From Macrostomum lignano (Eukaryota), in the NCBI GenBank assembly GCA_002269645.1, contig NIVC01000763.1, forward strand, positions 62,001 to 126,000: a stretch of DNA of 64,000 nucleotides, read 5' to 3'. The position numbers and the translations under genes were made by a program. The notes beneath the pieces are model-generated. The model was not told the origin of the DNA and searched no databases. It saw nothing but the letters and a program-made list of their open reading frames with translations. Positions 63,001 through 64,000 of the stretch are shown here, piece after piece (the first letter of the stretch is position 1; the number at the start of each line of letters is the position of its first letter).

Positions 63001-63729
63001 GCACGTATGTTACTTTTCTAATTATCTATTTACATGCCATTTGAATTCGTACGCATGCGGTGACTGGGTGATGATTAAATAGTTAGCTCCGACATCTGGC
63101 TCCTTTTTCATATCAAAGTCATCATTCTTTATTGCACAGCGAATTTTGTTCATGCCACCTGGTCTGGCCGTCCCCCTGCTCTCTGCTTGGCATCTTGTTT
63201 TTTTATTTGACACTTTCCAATGCAACTTAATCACTTGCTGACTTGCTACAGTTCCAACATCAGTTTCTGGACCAGCCTCCCAGATCCTCAGTTGCTGGGC
63301 CAGCCTTCCAGATCCTCAGTTGCTGGGCCAGCCTTCCAGATCCTCAGTTGCTAGGCCAGCCTCTCAGATCCTCAGTTGCTGGGCCAGCCTCCCAGATCCT
63401 CAGTTGCTGGGCCAGTCTCGCAACCCCCAGACATCCTATAAATTAATTTATTGACCACTGCTTCTGCACTTACATCAGGTAGGCCCCAATGCTTCAGCTT
63501 GAAGGAACCAAGAGCACCCTTACTTCCTTCTCCGCCCCAGAATCCCGCGGCCAGTCCTACTACCCAGCCGCCATGGAGGGCAGCCGGATGCTTGTCGGTC
63601 GCGAGAACTCCACCACGGAGCTGCACTCGCTGGAGCCGCAGATCGAATACTTTCTAGCCTCGGATGCCAGCGCTATTATTGAGCACACCAACCAGGTCAT
63701 CTACCTGGAGGATGACGACGTTGCCTGTA
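57095..63729 (+). CDS. GFPT1: Glutamine:fructose-6-phosphate amidotransferase, N-terminal glutaminase domain; exons 57095-57101, 57684-57844, 58327-58671, 59290-59431, 63541-63729 (continues beyond the window)
   Basis: MCG|IFAYLNY...[14 protein letters not shown]...EK|GKV...[11 protein letters not shown]...NAHPQ...VHNGIITNY...[13 protein letters not shown]...|EGAF...TRRGSPL...[27 protein letters not shown]. All junctions are GT-AG and phase-consistent; paralogue identity is not resolved. Confidence 0.95.
57170..57610. repeat. 38-bp minisatellite (AGAATCTCAAGGTCACATCACAGTACAGTCTGTCTTCA) in GFAT intron 1
   Basis: About 11 tandem units. Confidence 0.95.
57912..58217 (-). mobile_element. tRNA-derived SINE with CORE-like central domain, antisense in GFAT intron 2
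   Basis: Head TAGCCTAGTGGCTAGAGCGTCGGACTCGCG...GGGTTCGATTCCC; body TGTGTCCTTGAGCAAGACCACTTAA...CAGTTCACCCAGCTGTAAAATGGG; (TTA)n-like tail near 57912-57927. Confidence 0.8.
58790..59250. repeat. Degenerate CTAGCAACC minisatellite in GFAT intron 3
   Basis: CTAGCAACC recurs about every 20 bp. Confidence 0.85.
59947..62968. repeat. 42-bp minisatellite x72 (TGGATTGCTAATCTAGCCAGCATCACTGATGAAGGAATAGAA) in GFAT intron 4
   Basis: 3022 bp of near-identical units; one stop-free frame on each strand. Confidence 0.98.
63260..63430. repeat. ~28-bp minisatellite (CAGATCCTCAGTTGCTGGGCCAGCCTCC) in GFAT intron 4
   Basis: About 5-6 tandem units. Confidence 0.9.
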
Positions 63730-63809
63730 GTGAGTAATTAATCATTTAATTTGCTTTTTTTCTTTAATCAGCTCAATCAAATTACTGATCGTAGCTCAAT
63801 GACCTAATG

Positions 63810-64000
63810 ACCTCAGTTGAATGACCCAATGACCTTTGATGAATGACCCGATGATCTTAGATGAATGACCCAATGACCTTTGATGAATGACCCAATGACC
63901 TTTGATGAATGACCCGATGATCTTAGATAAATGACCCAATGACCTTTGATGAATGACCCGATGATCTTAGATGAATTACCCAATGACCTTTGATGAATGA
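63810..64000. repeat. 22-bp minisatellite (GATGAATGACCCAATGACCTTT) in GFAT intron 5
   Basis: Tandem units running to the window end. Confidence 0.9.

Overview
This is eukaryotic (metazoan, probably invertebrate) genomic DNA: GT-AG introns, GC-rich exons, AT-rich introns, and very dense minisatellites and DNA transposons. The style is reminiscent of macrostomid flatworms, but that is only a guess. Recognisable host genes are ARF6 (minus, two coding exons; the third is not found in the window), a complete 4-exon UCH-L1/L3-type deubiquitinase (plus), and the first five exons of GFAT/GFPT (plus, running off the right end). There is also a spliced orphan gene (37990-39121) and an Arg/Ser-rich ORF (40263-41726). 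Most of the rest is mobile DNA. (i) A ~21-kb head-to-tail train of at least nine non-autonomous Helitron-type elements (67-21222), apparently inside ARF6 intron 2; several have a shared core, a tRNA-like module and interchangeable minisatellite blocks. (ii) A second Helitron family carrying a GA-rich hAT-like passenger (3 copies, two fused). (iii) A Mutator-type MITE (9-bp TSD) and a hAT MITE (8-bp TSD) that nests an inverted pair of Penelope-like termini with minimal hammerhead-ribozyme motifs. (iv) A decayed Tc1, and a mariner split by a Helitron dimer and a Crypton-like tyrosine-recombinase insert. (v) A tRNA-derived SINE and a 72x42-bp intronic array open on both strands. All family assignments come from motif recognition by eye; no database searches were run. 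Repeat boundaries are approximate unless termini are quoted.
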